From Lama glama (lineage: Eukaryota), in assembly GCA_028534125.1 (NCBI GenBank), contig CM052816.1:91204001-91268000 (forward strand): DNA of 64,000 nt, given 5' to 3'. This document shows positions 24,553-38,099 of this stretch, piece by piece (positions within the stretch are counted from its first letter, which is position 1; every line of letters starts with the position of its first letter). A program made the translations under genes and the position numbers. Under the pieces are notes generated by a model. The model was given only the letters and a program-made list of their open reading frames with translations, did no database searches and was not told the origin of the DNA.

Positions 24553-25699
24553 TGACTGCTCTGCTTTTAAAGCTGCTTATTTCCTTCTAATATGAACATA
24601 GGTTCCCAATCCATCTTTTATCTGACTTCTTAAAGATTTTCTCTCCACCTTCTTCCAGACTCAGAGGCTACCTTCACTACCTTCAAACTGTTTTGGTGGT
24701 GGGATTCTGAGTTCAATGCTTTCTTTCATTTGCAAATCTTGGTTTTTATCCTTCCTCATTTTAATTTGCTGGTTCCCAGCATCTTTCTCTCTCTATATAT
24801 ATATTTAGGAAACTGATTCTGGTCTCACCTAGTGACCTACTTCCTTGAAGCTGGAGATTCTTTAATAAAAGAATCATAGTTGAGCCTTGTAGCCTCCAGA
24901 AGCTCTGGAAAGGCAAGTCATTTTTTTTTTTTTCAGTTGAGACCAGGTCATGAATCATGAGTCAAGTTTAGTAAGAGACCCTGATGTGCATATTTTACCA
25001 CGACCAAGAAGCACGCTACATGTTGTAGCAACAATGACTTACAGAATCCAATAGTGGTTTGTGAGCCCCATTTTCCTTCAACTTGCTGAAGCTGCAACCT
25101 GCCAAATGTCAAAACAAAAGCAATTTTACAATTAAAATAATAAAGTATGTAGAGAGTAAAACTAATTCCATGGGCAGTCTGATCTGACATATCACACTTT
25201 GATTAACATGGCAGAACTCTAAATATAGGCAGTGATTGCTCAGAGGACGGTGGAACCTGGTTAATAAAATTCCAGGCATCCTGAACGAACACAGCTGACA
25301 GTGCACCAGATGATACAGAGCGTAAGTGACCCTGAGTGGATGTCTGCTGTTAATTAATGGTTGCTGTATCAGCACAAGGGAAAAACAACACTGCTGCGGG
25401 AGAGACAAACAAGGGCAGTGTCGTAAGAAGAGACAACACTGTTTTAAATACCGTGACCAGCAGTTCAGTTGGGTGAACCCAACTGAAGCCTTACTAACAA
25501 CAGAAACTGAAAACATTGTTTAGAGACATTTGCTGTAACATAGGGTAAGGGGGTGACAGGATAAATGCTTGTTTAGTAGCTTAAAACAACACCCACGTAT
25601 TCATTCACAGTTTGTTAAATTTTAGAAATCTGGATGGGCTTGGCTGACATCTCTGGGGCTCCATAGGCTCTGGGGGAAGAATCTATTTCTTCTTCCAGA

Positions 25700-25955
25700 C
25701 ACAGTTTAGCAGTAAGAGGACTCCAGAATCTGCCTAGAGTCAAATCCCAGTACCACTTCTCAAGCGGTGTACGCTCAGGGAGATTTCTTAAACATTTTAT
25801 GCCTCAGTTTTTTTTTAATCTTTTAAATGGAGCTATAATAGCATCTCCTATAAAGAGTCATTGTGAAGATTAAATGAGTTGGCACATGTGAAGTTGTTAG
25901 ACCAGTGCCTGGCATCGAGCAAGAACTATGTGTTACCTATTGTTGGTGTTATTAA
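25700..25955 (+). mobile_element. MIR SINE
   Basis: caaatcccagtaccacttc...gcctcagttttt...gtgaagattaaatgag...cagtgcctggcat. Confidence 0.8.
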
Positions 25956-26139
25956 ATTCTGTTTTACTAGCCCTTGATTCTCCTGTTACAATGCAGATCC
26001 TGAGTTTCCTGTAGCGTTGACCCAAAGTATTTCTTAGAAATGCTTCATCATACCTAGAAGCAAGTCTTGCCAACAGCTGATCAACTGTGATGCTTTTTCG
26101 TCCTCTTTTGCTCTGATCCTCTCTCTGCTACACAAGGAA

Positions 26140-26505
26140 TCTTATCTCGGCTCAGGCTGCAATAAAAAGGATCATAGAGTGGTTGGCTTAAACAATAGGT
26201 ATTTATTTCTCACAATTTTGTTGTCTGCGAGGTCGACAATCAAGGTGCCAGCTGATTTGGTTCCTGACAAGGACGCTGTCCCTGGCTTGCAGACATGTGT
26301 GCTCTCACTGTGTGTTCACTTGGCAGAAAGAGAGCATGATCTCTCTCCTCTTCTTCTTTTAAAGTCACACATGTCAGCATGAGAGTCCCATTGTCATGAC
26401 CTCATCTAAACCGAATTATCTTCGAAGGGCCCTATATCCAAATATACTCATGCTGAGGGTTAGGACTTCAATATATATTTAAAGGAAGACACAATTCAGT
26501 CCGGA
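26140..26505 (-). mobile_element. MaLR LTR (MLT1A/B-like)
   Basis: ggcttaaacaataggtatttatttctcacaattt...tcaaggtgccagc...catgacctcatctaaacc...gttaggacttcaata. Confidence 0.82.
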
Positions 26506-26629
26506 GGACACCTCCATGTCAATGAGATGTGCTGCTTCTGCTGGTGGTAGGGTTGATAACTTGAGTACTGCTGTCATCTGTGCTGGAGACTGTCAAATCT
26601 ACCTGGCCCAGTTGTCCAGCCAAGAACCA

Positions 26630-26980
26630 CAATGTAAGGTCTGTGTCTAGATTTAGTCTTCGCAGGTGCATGTCTAGTTGTTCTAGCACCATTTGTTGAA
26701 AAGATTCTCTCCAGCAATTCATCAATTACAGTTCAGGTTTTCCTACCCCTGTACAGGTCCCAGAAGTGGTTTCTGCTCATGGATTTCTGTTCCGGAAAAT
26801 TGTGATTCTGTTTCTGCCTGCCTGTCTCTCCAATTCGGGGGCAGTGGTTAGCCGGGTGACCTCCCTTCTCTGTCAGATCTCAGAGGAGCTGCTGCTTTTT
26901 CAGTTGTTCAGCTTTTTACTTGTTGTTGGGACAGAGTAGACACTTCTGAGCAGCCTACATGATGGACCAGAAGCCCAACA
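26630..26980 (-). mobile_element. Old L1: short ORF2 piece joined to a 5'-end piece
   Basis: tctagcaccatttgttgaaaaga (ORF2) next to ttttcagttgttcagctttttacttgttg...ggaccagaagcc (5' end of old L1M families). Confidence 0.65.
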
Positions 26981-26984
26981 TCCA

Positions 26985-27150
26985 CCAGACTTATTTTTAG
27001 GTATGTCGATGATGATACTTCAATATTATTGGTTTCCTTTATAATTTTATCTATTCTCTTTTATGATTTAAAAAACTATTATTCTGAGTGTATAGATTTC
27101 ATGTAAATGACAAAGGGGTCCATGTCATAAAAAATGTTTAAGAACTTCAA
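26985..27150 (-). mobile_element. hAT element, Charlie4-like fragment
   Basis: caaaggggtccatgtcataaaaaatgtttaagaac terminus; attggtttcctttataat. Confidence 0.65.
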
Positions 27151-27489
27151 ATCTAAATGACTAGGGAATGAAAAAATTTGTTTGATTCTATTTTGCTGTG
27201 CAGCAGGGTCTTCATGTTTGTTAGAGATTTTATTGAATTTTAGGGCAGTGGGTGATAATGATTTAAAGAAGCGTCTCAAAAATAAATTAATCCTGTGACA
27301 ACAAACACTTGCTAAGTCTGTTTGTGCAAAGAACTTGTCCTCCGCCTGTGCTGGGGTCCAGCTAGGAGGTGCTGTAGCCTGGCCATGGCTTCTCTCGGGT
27401 AATAACTGGAACATTAGTGAGAATGGGGAGGAAAATCTGTGGATAAATCAAAATATGGTAAAATCTGTTAAAGAATTATCTGCTCTCAT

Positions 27490-27615
27490 GGAGGACGGTA
27501 TAGCTCAAGTGGTAGAGTGAGCACTTAGCATGCACGAGGTCCTGGATTCAAACCCCAGTTTCTCTAAAGATAAATAATAAACCTAATTATGCACCCCCCC
27601 CAAAAAATAAAAAAA
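27490..27615 (+). mobile_element. tRNA-Ala-derived camelid SINE (Vic-1 type) with TSD
   Basis: ggtatagctcaagtggtagagtgagcacttagcatgcacgaggtcctggattcaaacccc; flanks aaagaattatctgctctc / aaagaataatctgctttc. Confidence 0.88.
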
Positions 27616-29099
27616 GAATAATCTGCTTTCAAAGACTGGTTTGTAAGCCAGTCAATGACAGTTTCTGAATAGAGAATATAACAGAGGATCTTCCTGCAGG
27701 AGCCACTGTGATTATAACGCAGATGCTAGCTTGATATAGTCTCAGATCCAGTGTGTCTTTTCAAGCAGTTTTAAAAAACTCATTGCCAGATAGACTTTTG
27801 GTTACGTTTCTGGCCAGTCTTTCTTTCCCACCAGCTGCTCCCAGCTAATGAAGGAACGAGTGTCAGTGCCGACTAGGATCTAGAGAGGCCCGAGGTGGCA
27901 AAATGCAGACGGGTGTGCTCATGGTCTGAAAGCCAAGGAACCTCTCTATTTTCCACGATGCCTCCTGCTCCTACTGGCAAACCTGGTGGCCCGCTGCAGG
28001 GGCATTACTCCATTCAGGCTGCTGGCAAAACCCAGGTTGACAGAAAGGCCAGAAAAAATTAAGTGTCTGACAGGGAAGGTTGTGGCCCAAGCCCGTTTTT
28101 CAAAGCAAAAATTGAAGATGTTTTAAAGTGAAAATTGAATCCTCCTTTTGGAGGATATAGACATGGATCACTGAAACAAGATTTAGTTGAAAGGAAAAAA
28201 AAGTAACAAAAGGACACAGTTCATTTCTTGCTCCAGCTCCTGCATTTCTAAAAAGAATAATACAAGAATTTAATCTAACTGTATGGCTCAGAGAGTTCCT
28301 ATCCACTTCCAACTATATACGTTATATAACAGTGGGGCTTGTACCCTTTGTCAAAAAGAAGCTATGAAAGAATTCCATGATTTCTTTATTCAAATTATTT
28401 TTTCATTAAACTAGTTGGGGTAAAGAATTTTAGAGGGTTTTTTTTTAAATGGACATTGTAAATAATCTTCAGTGATCTTTCAGCTCTTCCTTCTCATGTG
28501 CCAAAGGGAAATTATTCATCTAGGAGTTCATAGAATCCAAAATTTCCAAATGGTTCTCAGATCTTCTAGTGAATTCTCACTCGATGAGGAAAAAACTGTT
28601 CCATAAATGAACCTGCATATGCTAAAGAGGGAGAAGAGAAAATCTGACGTACTGATACGTGCATGATTAAAACCTGGTGTTTGGAAATCAGGTTTATGTT
28701 TCAGGTGTGTGGCTCCCTTAAGGAGGGAAAAACCCAGGCAGTTGCTATAAACAGAGAGTAACACTCTGGTTCAACCCTCTCCTTCCCAAGTCGAAGAGTG
28801 CGGCTTGATTAGGAGACAATAAAGAGGAAGACCTGGAAGTTCAAGGTAGGGTCACCATCTTTGCTTTTGTCTTACCTGCACAGGAGTTTTCTAGCTAGTC
28901 TTATCAGTTTGGGGCAAAGACCATTTCAAAAGATTTCAAATGAGTTATTTATGGAGAACATTTATTATCAAAATGTTTGAAACAGTTAGAAGATTATATG
29001 CAAGACAGAATATAAACAGTAAATCTAGCAGATTGTTTTTGAAAAATGAAGCTGGCATATAGAGACAGCATTGCCTACGCTGTGGACACATTTCAAATT

Positions 29100-29277
29100 G
29101 ATTTCATCAGGCCTTTGTTACCTGGTGCCATAGCATTCAACGTGAATGGGAAAAATTAACTTTTTGATTTTCCTAAACTCTAATTGAAGTTGAGCTTTTA
29201 CTTTAATTATGAATATAGATTTCACTGGACTGTCAAAGGGATTCATGGCACAAAAAAAAAAGGTTAAAACTTCTAGA
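29100..29277 (-). mobile_element. hAT element, Charlie4-like fragment
   Basis: ggactgtcaaagggattcatggcacaaaaaaaaaaggttaaaac; similar to 26985-27150. Confidence 0.65.
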
Positions 29278-30519
29278 ACAGCAGTATCTTCTTTACCAAT
29301 AATGGGAAAATAATAATTTCTCATGTCTGAGCCAAAATATCAGTGTATTCCACTAGGAAACATATATAAATTTAGTAAGAAAACTATTTTAGATCAGAGG
29401 ATACTGAAAATATTATTCACCATACCCTAAAATTTTTCTTCTTAGTCTCTCTCTATAACTGATTGTTTTTTCAATTTAATTCTATTATTGAGTGTCTACT
29501 GTGAAGCAGGTGTGATGCAATGTTCTGGGGGGCTGCAGCAAAAAAGTAAAAGCTTCCAGGATTTTAGAGGAGGTTGGTAGGTCATGATGATTATGATATA
29601 AAAAACAGTGTGATAATTTTTTAAATTGAAAGATACAAATCAGATTTTCAGTAACTTATTTGGATTCTGTATGTACTGGCAGGGAGGTCAGGTCCTGACG
29701 GTATTCACATATGCCTTCTTCCACTCCTTTGTAGATCCAGTTTTTTGGAATCCACCTTGCACAAGGCATGAAGCCAAAGTAGGGAGGGGTAGCATTTTAA
29801 TAGGCAGTTGGAGACACCCAAACCCACTCACCCACATAAAACTGACATACTCTTCCTGGTGATCTCATGCAACCCTAAGGAAGGTATTTCTACCTCCTTA
29901 ACTTCCTCATCCAATTCTCCAGGTCACTTGAACCTATAAACAGAAGACTGTAGAAGATTGTAACATATCATTCTTTTGGACCACAAAGAAAAACTTGTCA
30001 TGCAACAATGGTGCCCGGAAGTATCGTCTGTGTCTTTGATGTATGCTGCTTTAGAATATCAAGACTTTATTGGGTTTGGGTAAAATTGACTCATTTAATT
30101 TGCATTCCTTATTCAAGGAGAGATAATTAATGGGAAGATATTGAACATTTCAGTTGAAATGCTGAGTGTCCTGATTTGTTGCTGAAACAGCTACTTTAAT
30201 TTTCAAAAGAGAATGTAAAAATTGACTCTTTTAAGCACCAGTTCAACTGTAAAAATATGTTAAGAATGATCAGCTTAGAAAATAGAAGACTAGGATTAAA
30301 GCTTATGTAAACTGAGAAAATTTCCTGTTATGCTTGTTAGCAAATGGAATATATGTATTTTAAAATATGCTTAAAGTATTTGTCATTTAGCATCCTTGCC
30401 CAGGTGAGGATGCACATCTTTGCCCAGTACTAATGAGGAAGGTATCCAAACCCTGGTCATCATGTTCTCTCTCAAGCTAAGAGATGGGACCAGTGGCCAC
30501 GGAGTGTCAGTGCTGTGGT

Positions 30520-30750
30520 GATCATTGGGCCAGTAGCTCTGTACCAGCCACGTGATCTTGGGTAAGTTATTCTTGCCCAAACCCCAGTTTCCACATCTGC
30601 AAAATAAACATAACAATAATAGTATCCACTTCACAGCGTTGTTAAAGGGATCCAATGAGGTAATGCAGGTAAAATGCTCAGCAAAATGTCTTGCATGTAG
30701 TGGCACCAAGGATGTTTATGTTGATTACTTTTATTATTATCGTATTGTTA
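30520..30750 (+). mobile_element. MIR SINE
   Basis: gtgatcttgggtaagttattc...cagtttccacatctgcaaaat. Confidence 0.8.
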
Positions 30751-31429
30751 TCATGCACCCAAAAAGAAAATCATTGACATGTACTTTACTATCTTCCCGG
30801 TCTCTTGCTCATCTATAATTTCCTCCATCTCATCCTTGCATTAGTCATTCAGTCCCAGAATTAGGTGCGCTTCTTAACAAGTTTCTGTTTTCCACCCTGA
30901 TACTTGACCGTATTCTCTTACACCTCTTCTTTCTCGATCTTCAGTCTCTTACTCTCGTTGACATTTTTTCTTCAGTCTATAAACATGAGCAAATCCATTT
31001 GTTGTGTGTGGGTTTCAGCCCATTGATAACGAATGTTGTAGCTAGACTGGCCCTTGTGGTTTTTATTATGATTGCAAGATGCCCTTAGCAATAACCATCA
31101 GGGAAATTTGAAAAAGAAAAGTTTATTACTTGCAAGTCCTGGAAATTACATGGCATGCTGGGGGCACACTATGCTGGAGGGCTAACCTTCAAGATATCTT
31201 TTCTAGGATGTGAGATCCAGTAAACAATGAAGTGAATGAAGAGTTAAAAGTCCTCTCTCTTTTCCTCTACCAGAGAAAGTAGCCATCAGTTAAATATAAA
31301 AATCCTTAGCTTATAAACTTGAACATAAGTACATGGCATTTATTTACTCATCATTAATAAGCTTTAGTTACTACATTTATCAATAGGTGAATTAATAGGT
31401 GAATTGATAAATGGATGGATACAATAGAC

Positions 31430-31700
31430 AGATAGGTGGTCTCGTAAGCAAGAGAGTTCTAGTCAACTGTGTGAATCAGCTTTGTGCTCCCAGATAATGC
31501 ATTCTCTTAATTTGTTAATTAATTTTAATGAATTTCTTAATTTCTCCTAATTCTTCTTAATTTCCTCATCTACAAATATGGAGAGAATAGGATTTCCTTT
31601 GTCTACATGACAGAGTTGTTAAGACATTTAAATGAGACACTATACATCAGACGTCTGTTTAATGTCAAATTGGCTGTAATTGTACAGTGTTGTGGTTAAT
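31430..31700 (+). mobile_element. MIR SINE with an AT-rich internal expansion
   Basis: ttaatttcctcatctacaaatatggag...gttgttaagacattaaatgaga. Confidence 0.6.
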
Positions 31701-32049
31701 ACAGACACAATTGTCATTCCCAAATAATTTATCATCTAAAAATTTACGATTAATTGGCCCATCATGATGATGAAATCATACCAAGACCTGCCACTATCTC
31801 TGTGATTGTATTTGTCTGTTTATACGAATATTTCCAAAGTAACCTAAATCCGTTCTTCGTATGTCAGAGACAGCTTGGGATATAGGTTTATTTCTAGGCT
31901 GAAATCCTTGTAATTCTTAACTATAAATAAATACCTGAACACCCTATTATGATTTTTAATTAAAATTAAAATTAAAATGAAACTCAATTTACTGTTTTAA
32001 ATATCTATTTTTTATCTTATTTTTCCCTCAAATTTCAGTTGAAGTTCAC

Positions 32050-32540
32050 TTGGTGGCGGTGGTAGATGTGGCTGGTTCCTAGCCAAAAGCCAATTTCCTT
32101 TCTTTCTTCCTCCTTGCTAACAGAATACCAGTTTGGTTCAGGAAGCTGTCAGTGATGGTTTGTTAACCCCTTCCTCCTGAGATGAATCGTGATTGTTCCA
32201 AGGCAGTCACAGCAACCCCATTCCTCTTTGACAGTGATTGGTTTAGGTGTTGACATGTGACCAAAATCTGGTTCGTGAAACCTGTGAAGTCTGTTGTGGG
32301 AGGAATGAAGGATATTCTGGGAAAGATTTTCTTCTCAGATAAAAAGAAATAGACATGTAAGAAGAAACCTTCTTCCTCCTTTCTTCCTGTTTTACAAAAA
32401 TATTGTGATGAAAAGATGTGCTCGCTGGCACTGTGGCAGTTGTATTGAAACCATGGAGGAAAAGTCAGGAGACCTACAGAAAAGCTGACACTGGTGAGCT
32501 ACTAAATTAACTAACTCTGAAAGTACTTACCATTCAGATA
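32050..32540 (+). mobile_element. ERVL-class LTR (LTR33/LTR16-like), 3' side interrupted
   Basis: cttgctaacagaataccag, gtgattggtttagg...catgtgacc, ttctgggaaagattttc. Confidence 0.6.
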
Positions 32541-32544
32541 GTAA

Positions 32545-33425
32545 AAAAACCAGGCCACATCATGGGAGAAGATATTTTCAACAAAATATATAGAAAACTC
32601 TTAAAAATCAGTAAGAAAAAAAGACAGATGAGAAATAGAAGGCTTGAATAGGTATTTTGCAAATAACATATGCAAATCTCTTACAAATATATGAAATAAT
32701 GGTCAAACACCATTGTTCCTCAGAAATATGCAAATTAAAACCAGAAGATGCCATTGTATGCCCACAAGAATGGATATGATGAAAAAGATTGACAAACTGA
32801 GTGGTGGTGAAGATATGGAGAAACTAGAATTCTCATAGACTGCTGTTGGAAGGGCAAGTTGGTACAACCACCCTGGAAAACTCTTTAACTATATCTACTA
32901 AAACTGAACTGATGCAGGCTCCTTGAACCAGCTGTTCCATTCCTAGTATCACCCAACAGTAATGTGGATATATGTTTACCAAGAATATTTATAGCATCAC
33001 TCCTTGTAATAACCCCAAATTGGAAACAGTCCAAATACTCATGAGCAGTAGAATGGATACATAAATCCTGGTGTATTCATATAACAGGATACTAAAGAGC
33101 AATGTGAATGTGTAAACACCCACTACACACAGCTACATAGATACATTTCATAAACATAATTTTGAACAAAGGAAGCCATGCATGCCATATGATTCCATTT
33201 ATATAAAGTTAAAAACCCAGCAAAACTAATCTCTGTTCTTAGAAGTCGTGGCAGCGACTGGGAGGGGGCGCAAAAGCGTTTTCCTGCTGCTGGCAATGCT
33301 GTTTCTTGATACGGGTTTTGATTACATGTTGTGTTCACTTTACATACGAAAATTAATTGAGTTATACGTTAATATCTGTATACTTTTTCTGAATGTATGT
33401 TTGCTTCAATACAAAGACTACTTAA
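32545..33425 (+). mobile_element. Old L1 3' end (L1ME-like)
   Basis: ggtgaagatatggagaaactagaattctcatagactgctg, atgattccatttatataaagtt, 3' end cttcaatacaaa. Confidence 0.85.
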
Positions 33426-35682
33426 AAGTAATTGAAAGAGAAGGAAAATAAGGCAGGAAGACATATTAGCATTGGAAAAGGAATAGAAAATAGAGGAGGA
33501 GTATCAAGGGCAGTGCTTGCCAAGGGCACCTGCAATCCTGAGCGAGGCTGTTGGGCTCTGTAGCTAAAGGCTTCCAGAGTCTTCGCTCTGTCCTTTGGCT
33601 GGTGTTGAAGGTAAAAAGTAACTTGATTTTGTTCTAAAAAGTTGGAATTCACTATTTGGAGTTGTTCACCTACCAGAAGCAGTCAGATCTTGCCAGGTTG
33701 GTTAGTGAATGATTTCATAGTTAACGTGTCCATATCTGTCTCTGGATAACATCTACTCTTAGGTGCATACATTTGATTTGCAACACAGGCTAATTTGCTC
33801 GCAAAGTCAACATATTTTTCTATTATTGAAGAATACTGCTTTGGCTATAGCATATATAATCAATTTGGAATTTAGGTATGGACTTGATTAACTAACAAGT
33901 TTTGATTTGCTTTGTTCTTTTTAAACATCACAAGATCTTAACTGATGATTTGCTTGTCTTTGGAGCTTCTCCAACATTAGCCCCTAATCCACACTGTTGA
34001 CCAATAAGTTGTATTCTGCCCTGGATTGTTGGTAAGTTTTTTTTTTTTTCCCCACGTATGCCAGTCTTGGTTCCCTACCTCAACCATAAGCCGTTTGACG
34101 GTAGGATTCACATCTTATAATCTTTTAAACATTTCTCTAACTTTGGGCTTTATTCACAGTAAGTGCTCAGTTTTCCCTGAATCATTTCCAGTCCCTCTCA
34201 TGCTTAGGTCATTTCAGATAAGAAAGGCGCGTGCTCATTGGCGATTGGCAGGGGATTTTTCTTGGCAACGTTTAAGGACGGAATAGGCATTCTTCTGCTT
34301 AGAGTCTTAAGTGGACTCAAGGAAATAACTTGGAGCATCATGACTGTCTCTATCAGTCCTATGGGCTGTGCATGTGACAAAAAAAAAACAGGGAAATTAT
34401 TGTTTGGCTTACCCAATACCAAACAGCCCATTGGACTTTATTTTTTTGAACAGAATTGACTAAATTATCCAATTGTTTTGTCTTTGTGTAGACAGAACCT
34501 GAGATTCTATTGATGAAAGCACACTTCATGCTCATAGGCTGAAGCAGCTGTAGTTTGCCAATTTGAAATAACTTAATGAGGTATTGATTCTGCTGCTCGA
34601 CATGCTCTAAGACAGCCACCAAAATTGAGAAGCCGACATCAGAAGGGAGGGGGGAGAAAGAAAGGTGAGTTTCCCATGAATACCCTAGATGAGTTCCTGC
34701 CAACTCAGTATTTGAACTGGTTGCTTTAGAATTAGAGAAATGAATTATTTAATTGGAGATGAAAAATATGAATTCACTTTGCTCATTTGGAATTTGGAAT
34801 TGGAACTGAGTCACATGCACTTCGGGAAACATAAAAGGTAAAAAAAAAAAAAACTAGCTCAGAGATGAATTAGAGTGGGGAGTTATTGTTCAAGCCAATT
34901 TTTAGTTGTTCATACCAGAAGAAACGGAGAAAACCTTAGAGTGGAAATAAGACTCTGGGGAGAGGAAATAAAGGAGTTGTTCCTTTTGCATGTTTCCTAA
35001 ATACTCCCTTGTGGCACTTAATGAGCTACATTATTGCGTTTTGGCTGTGGAGTCGGATGGAGCTCTGCCATTAATTAGCAAGATGGAGGGAATTTGGATG
35101 AGGGTAACTCACGGACAGGTACACTGGGAACTTCTTCCCCATGTTCCATTTGGCTGGGTTCTGATTCTATGGATAAAGGTCAGCATCCTGGGGGCTACTC
35201 GAAAATGCCCAACTTTGCAGAGTACTTTCTAGAGTCGTTGGGTCAAACACTCTGCTCATCGGGTAAATCGACATGGACCAGGCACATTTCCCTAAGCCAC
35301 TTCCCCACTCTCTTCCCAGTCGCCCCATCTCCTTTCATTAAGAAGCCCCGGCATTGATTATTTGTCTGAATGAAATAAATCTGGTGTTCCCTGCAAGCAC
35401 AGAGTGCTTCTATTACAGAACAGATTAGAACCGCCGAGGATGGCACCGTATACTGCGAGAGGAAATGGTCCTGAAGCAAAGCAGAGGAGGCTGGAGGGTC
35501 AGGAGAAAGAATTCCCAGGGAACTGCATCTGGAGAGGCCTCCTGGGTTCAGAAAAATCTTTGGGAAGAAAACCAGCAGCCTCCTACCAGGGGGGAAGAGA
35601 CGTCTTAGGGCCTTTCAACTCTCAGCTCTCCCTTAAATTTCAGTTTGACTTGCCTTCTTGATTTCGACACATTTCTTTAAAG

Positions 35683-35908
35683 CAGTGGCTCTCAGCTAGG
35701 GGGCTAGGATAATTTTGCCTCGCAGGGGACATTAGGTGATATCTGGAGATAGTTTGGTTGTCACAACTGGGGAGGCAGGTGTGCTATTAGTTTCCAGTGA
35801 GTAGAGACCAGGGATGCTGTTAAATATGCCAGAATGCATAGGACTACTCCCCCCAGCAAAAATGGATCCGGTCCCACATGCCAAGAGTGACAAGATCAAG
35901 AGATCCTG
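35683..35908 (+). mobile_element. MER20 hAT MITE
   Basis: cagtggctctcagc...ggggacatt...ggttgtcacaactgggg...gtagagaccagggatgctg...gagatcctg. Confidence 0.85.
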
Positions 35909-38099
35909 GAAGGCAGGAACAATTTCTACGGTCACAAAAGAAGAAAGAACTAATAAAAAATTAGGAAGGCCTTAAGTTGTGCTGACTAAAGCAGGGAAAC
36001 ACACGACAAGGTGATTTAATGCTCCTGTAGGTGTTTGGAGTTACATGACAGAGATGCCTGGGCTCTGTGGCTTAGAGTCACTTTGGCTACTTGCCCAGAG
36101 CCTCAGGGTTGTCATTGATTTTCATATCATGATATGTTTGCATAAAATATGTAGTTATAATAAACACAAACAACAGTGGGCTTTGTTTTTTAATGTAGCC
36201 CTTCCATTGCCAGATAATGATCATACATTGAGCTTCTGTTGGGCCCTGAAACTGTGTTCAACACATTTTTTCAAGCTATTTGCATTTGGTTTCCAAACAC
36301 CAACCTACATCAGCTATGCTCATGAGGATAGTTTAATTGTTCCAGAAGCAGAAGGAACTTCTTTTGGGTCCCTTGATTTTCCACATCGAGAATAAGTACA
36401 GAGGAAATAGAGCTTTGGGATGAAAAGACTTTCAGGTTGCTGCACAAGGGAAAACAGGCCTCATGCACCTGAAATATTAAGGAGCTTAACGGGATTTGCT
36501 TGTTACAACCTAAAACAACCTTATTCTAGGTCTGTTTCTTGGAGTCTAAAATGAGAAGTTGGCTCTGAGTAGCTCAAATGTCCCCTCGTACCTAAGCACC
36601 TAAGATTCTCGCCTTCTCTGCCAGCCAGTTAGAAGTGAGATAGTTGGGTCATGCACTCATCTGAGCAGGCTGCGGGATTTGTAACCGTTGGTACAGGGGC
36701 TTCAGGAAGCTGGTGAAATTAGATGCCCAAATTTTTGAATATGTGCATCTCCCTAGGGTGACATTTTGTATCTACATGATAATCTAAATAGTCTATGATT
36801 TTAAGAAAGTTAAGATCTACTGCAGTAGGGTGTGATGCTGCTAATTTCAGGATGACAAGCTTCCACTCTCTATGGCTATTAATGGAGGAGACTCTATCCT
36901 GGAACCCTGCACCTCACAGCTGATCCTGGGGAACCGCGAGCAGATGTGTGCTATTAGGCACAGAGGTACAAGGGAAAACAGCATATGTGGATCAGGACCC
37001 TCATTGCCTCTACTCGACATGGTGGTCACGATGAAAAGTTGTTATGAAACCTCACCAGTCAGAGCTACGTGTGGGACTTTGGAAGACCAGTACATGACAC
37101 TCATCTTTCTCTCCACATTTTGTAGAGAGACAGGCCAGAGAATACAGACAGATGGCGCATAAAAAGGAAGTTGGCTTTACTATTGATTAAGTTGGTGGGG
37201 AAACACGGCTTTAAATGTGAGCCAAATAGACTTAGTAATACTCCTGCTGAGTTCAAAAAACTTTGTCCAGCTGTCCCTGGCCCAGCTCAGACAACAGGTG
37301 AGCTCCTTTCCTTTGGCCAAACAGAATGTCTGATGTGCAGGAGGCCATGACTCCCTGGAGGGACTGAACCCGACCTTGCTCAGCTCTGTCTGCTGACCTC
37401 CTCACTGGTATGAAGTGTCTCTCTTGCCAATGGGAGCAATGAATGAAGGATGGAAATCAGCTTTCCCCAGTGACTTTCACTTCTGGGGTATTGAATGCAC
37501 ATTATCAGCTCTCTTTAGACCATCAGAAGTTGGCAATAATTTCCCCCCTAATTTAAGTGCGTCTCTGCATCAACCGCAGATGGAAATACAGTATTGATGG
37601 GGAGTTTTCTTGAGTGACTGATTTCCAAAAATGAAAATAAGAGCCCTTCAAGGCCTTGTAAAGCAGAAAAAGAATTGACCAAAGGTTTCTGAGAGATGCC
37701 CATAGTAAGCTGGATCTCTTTGGCCAATATCTCTTAAGACCAACTGCTGAGACATTGCCCAGCAGAGTTAAGATGCGTTGGAAAGAAGTGTTTCCAAGTG
37801 AGAATTATGGGAGTGAGCATCAGAGAAGTGATCTCCCAGGTCGAACTGTGAGCTGAAGAGGTGTCATGTTCTGGGAGAGACTTTCACTCCTGTTTTCCTT
37901 ATCTAACTTCACCTTCCTTGGCTCTGCAAAAGTTGTCTGACTTTCTAGCAGATATTTTATAAACTTCAAAGGCTTTCAAGTTGTTGCTCTTCTCGAGTCA
38001 TAACAGTAGTTGCCTTTGAAGAAGGTGGAAGATCCAGCTTCTTTGGGGGAAGACCCAGCAGGGTTTTCTCAAGGTGCTTTACTTAGAGTTCTTATTTGT

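Noticed and set aside
27490..27565. Second tRNA-like sequence
   Set aside because: Degenerate stems, A-rich tail and TSD identify it as a SINE
31000..31190. Possible ERVL LTR fragment (similar doubt at 42700-42910 and 16860-17010)
   Set aside because: Too degenerate to assign a family or boundaries by eye
35094..35357. Possible coding exon (87 aa ORF; minus-strand donor-like gtgagt near 35112)
   Set aside because: No recognisable protein in the frames examined and no convincing matching acceptor
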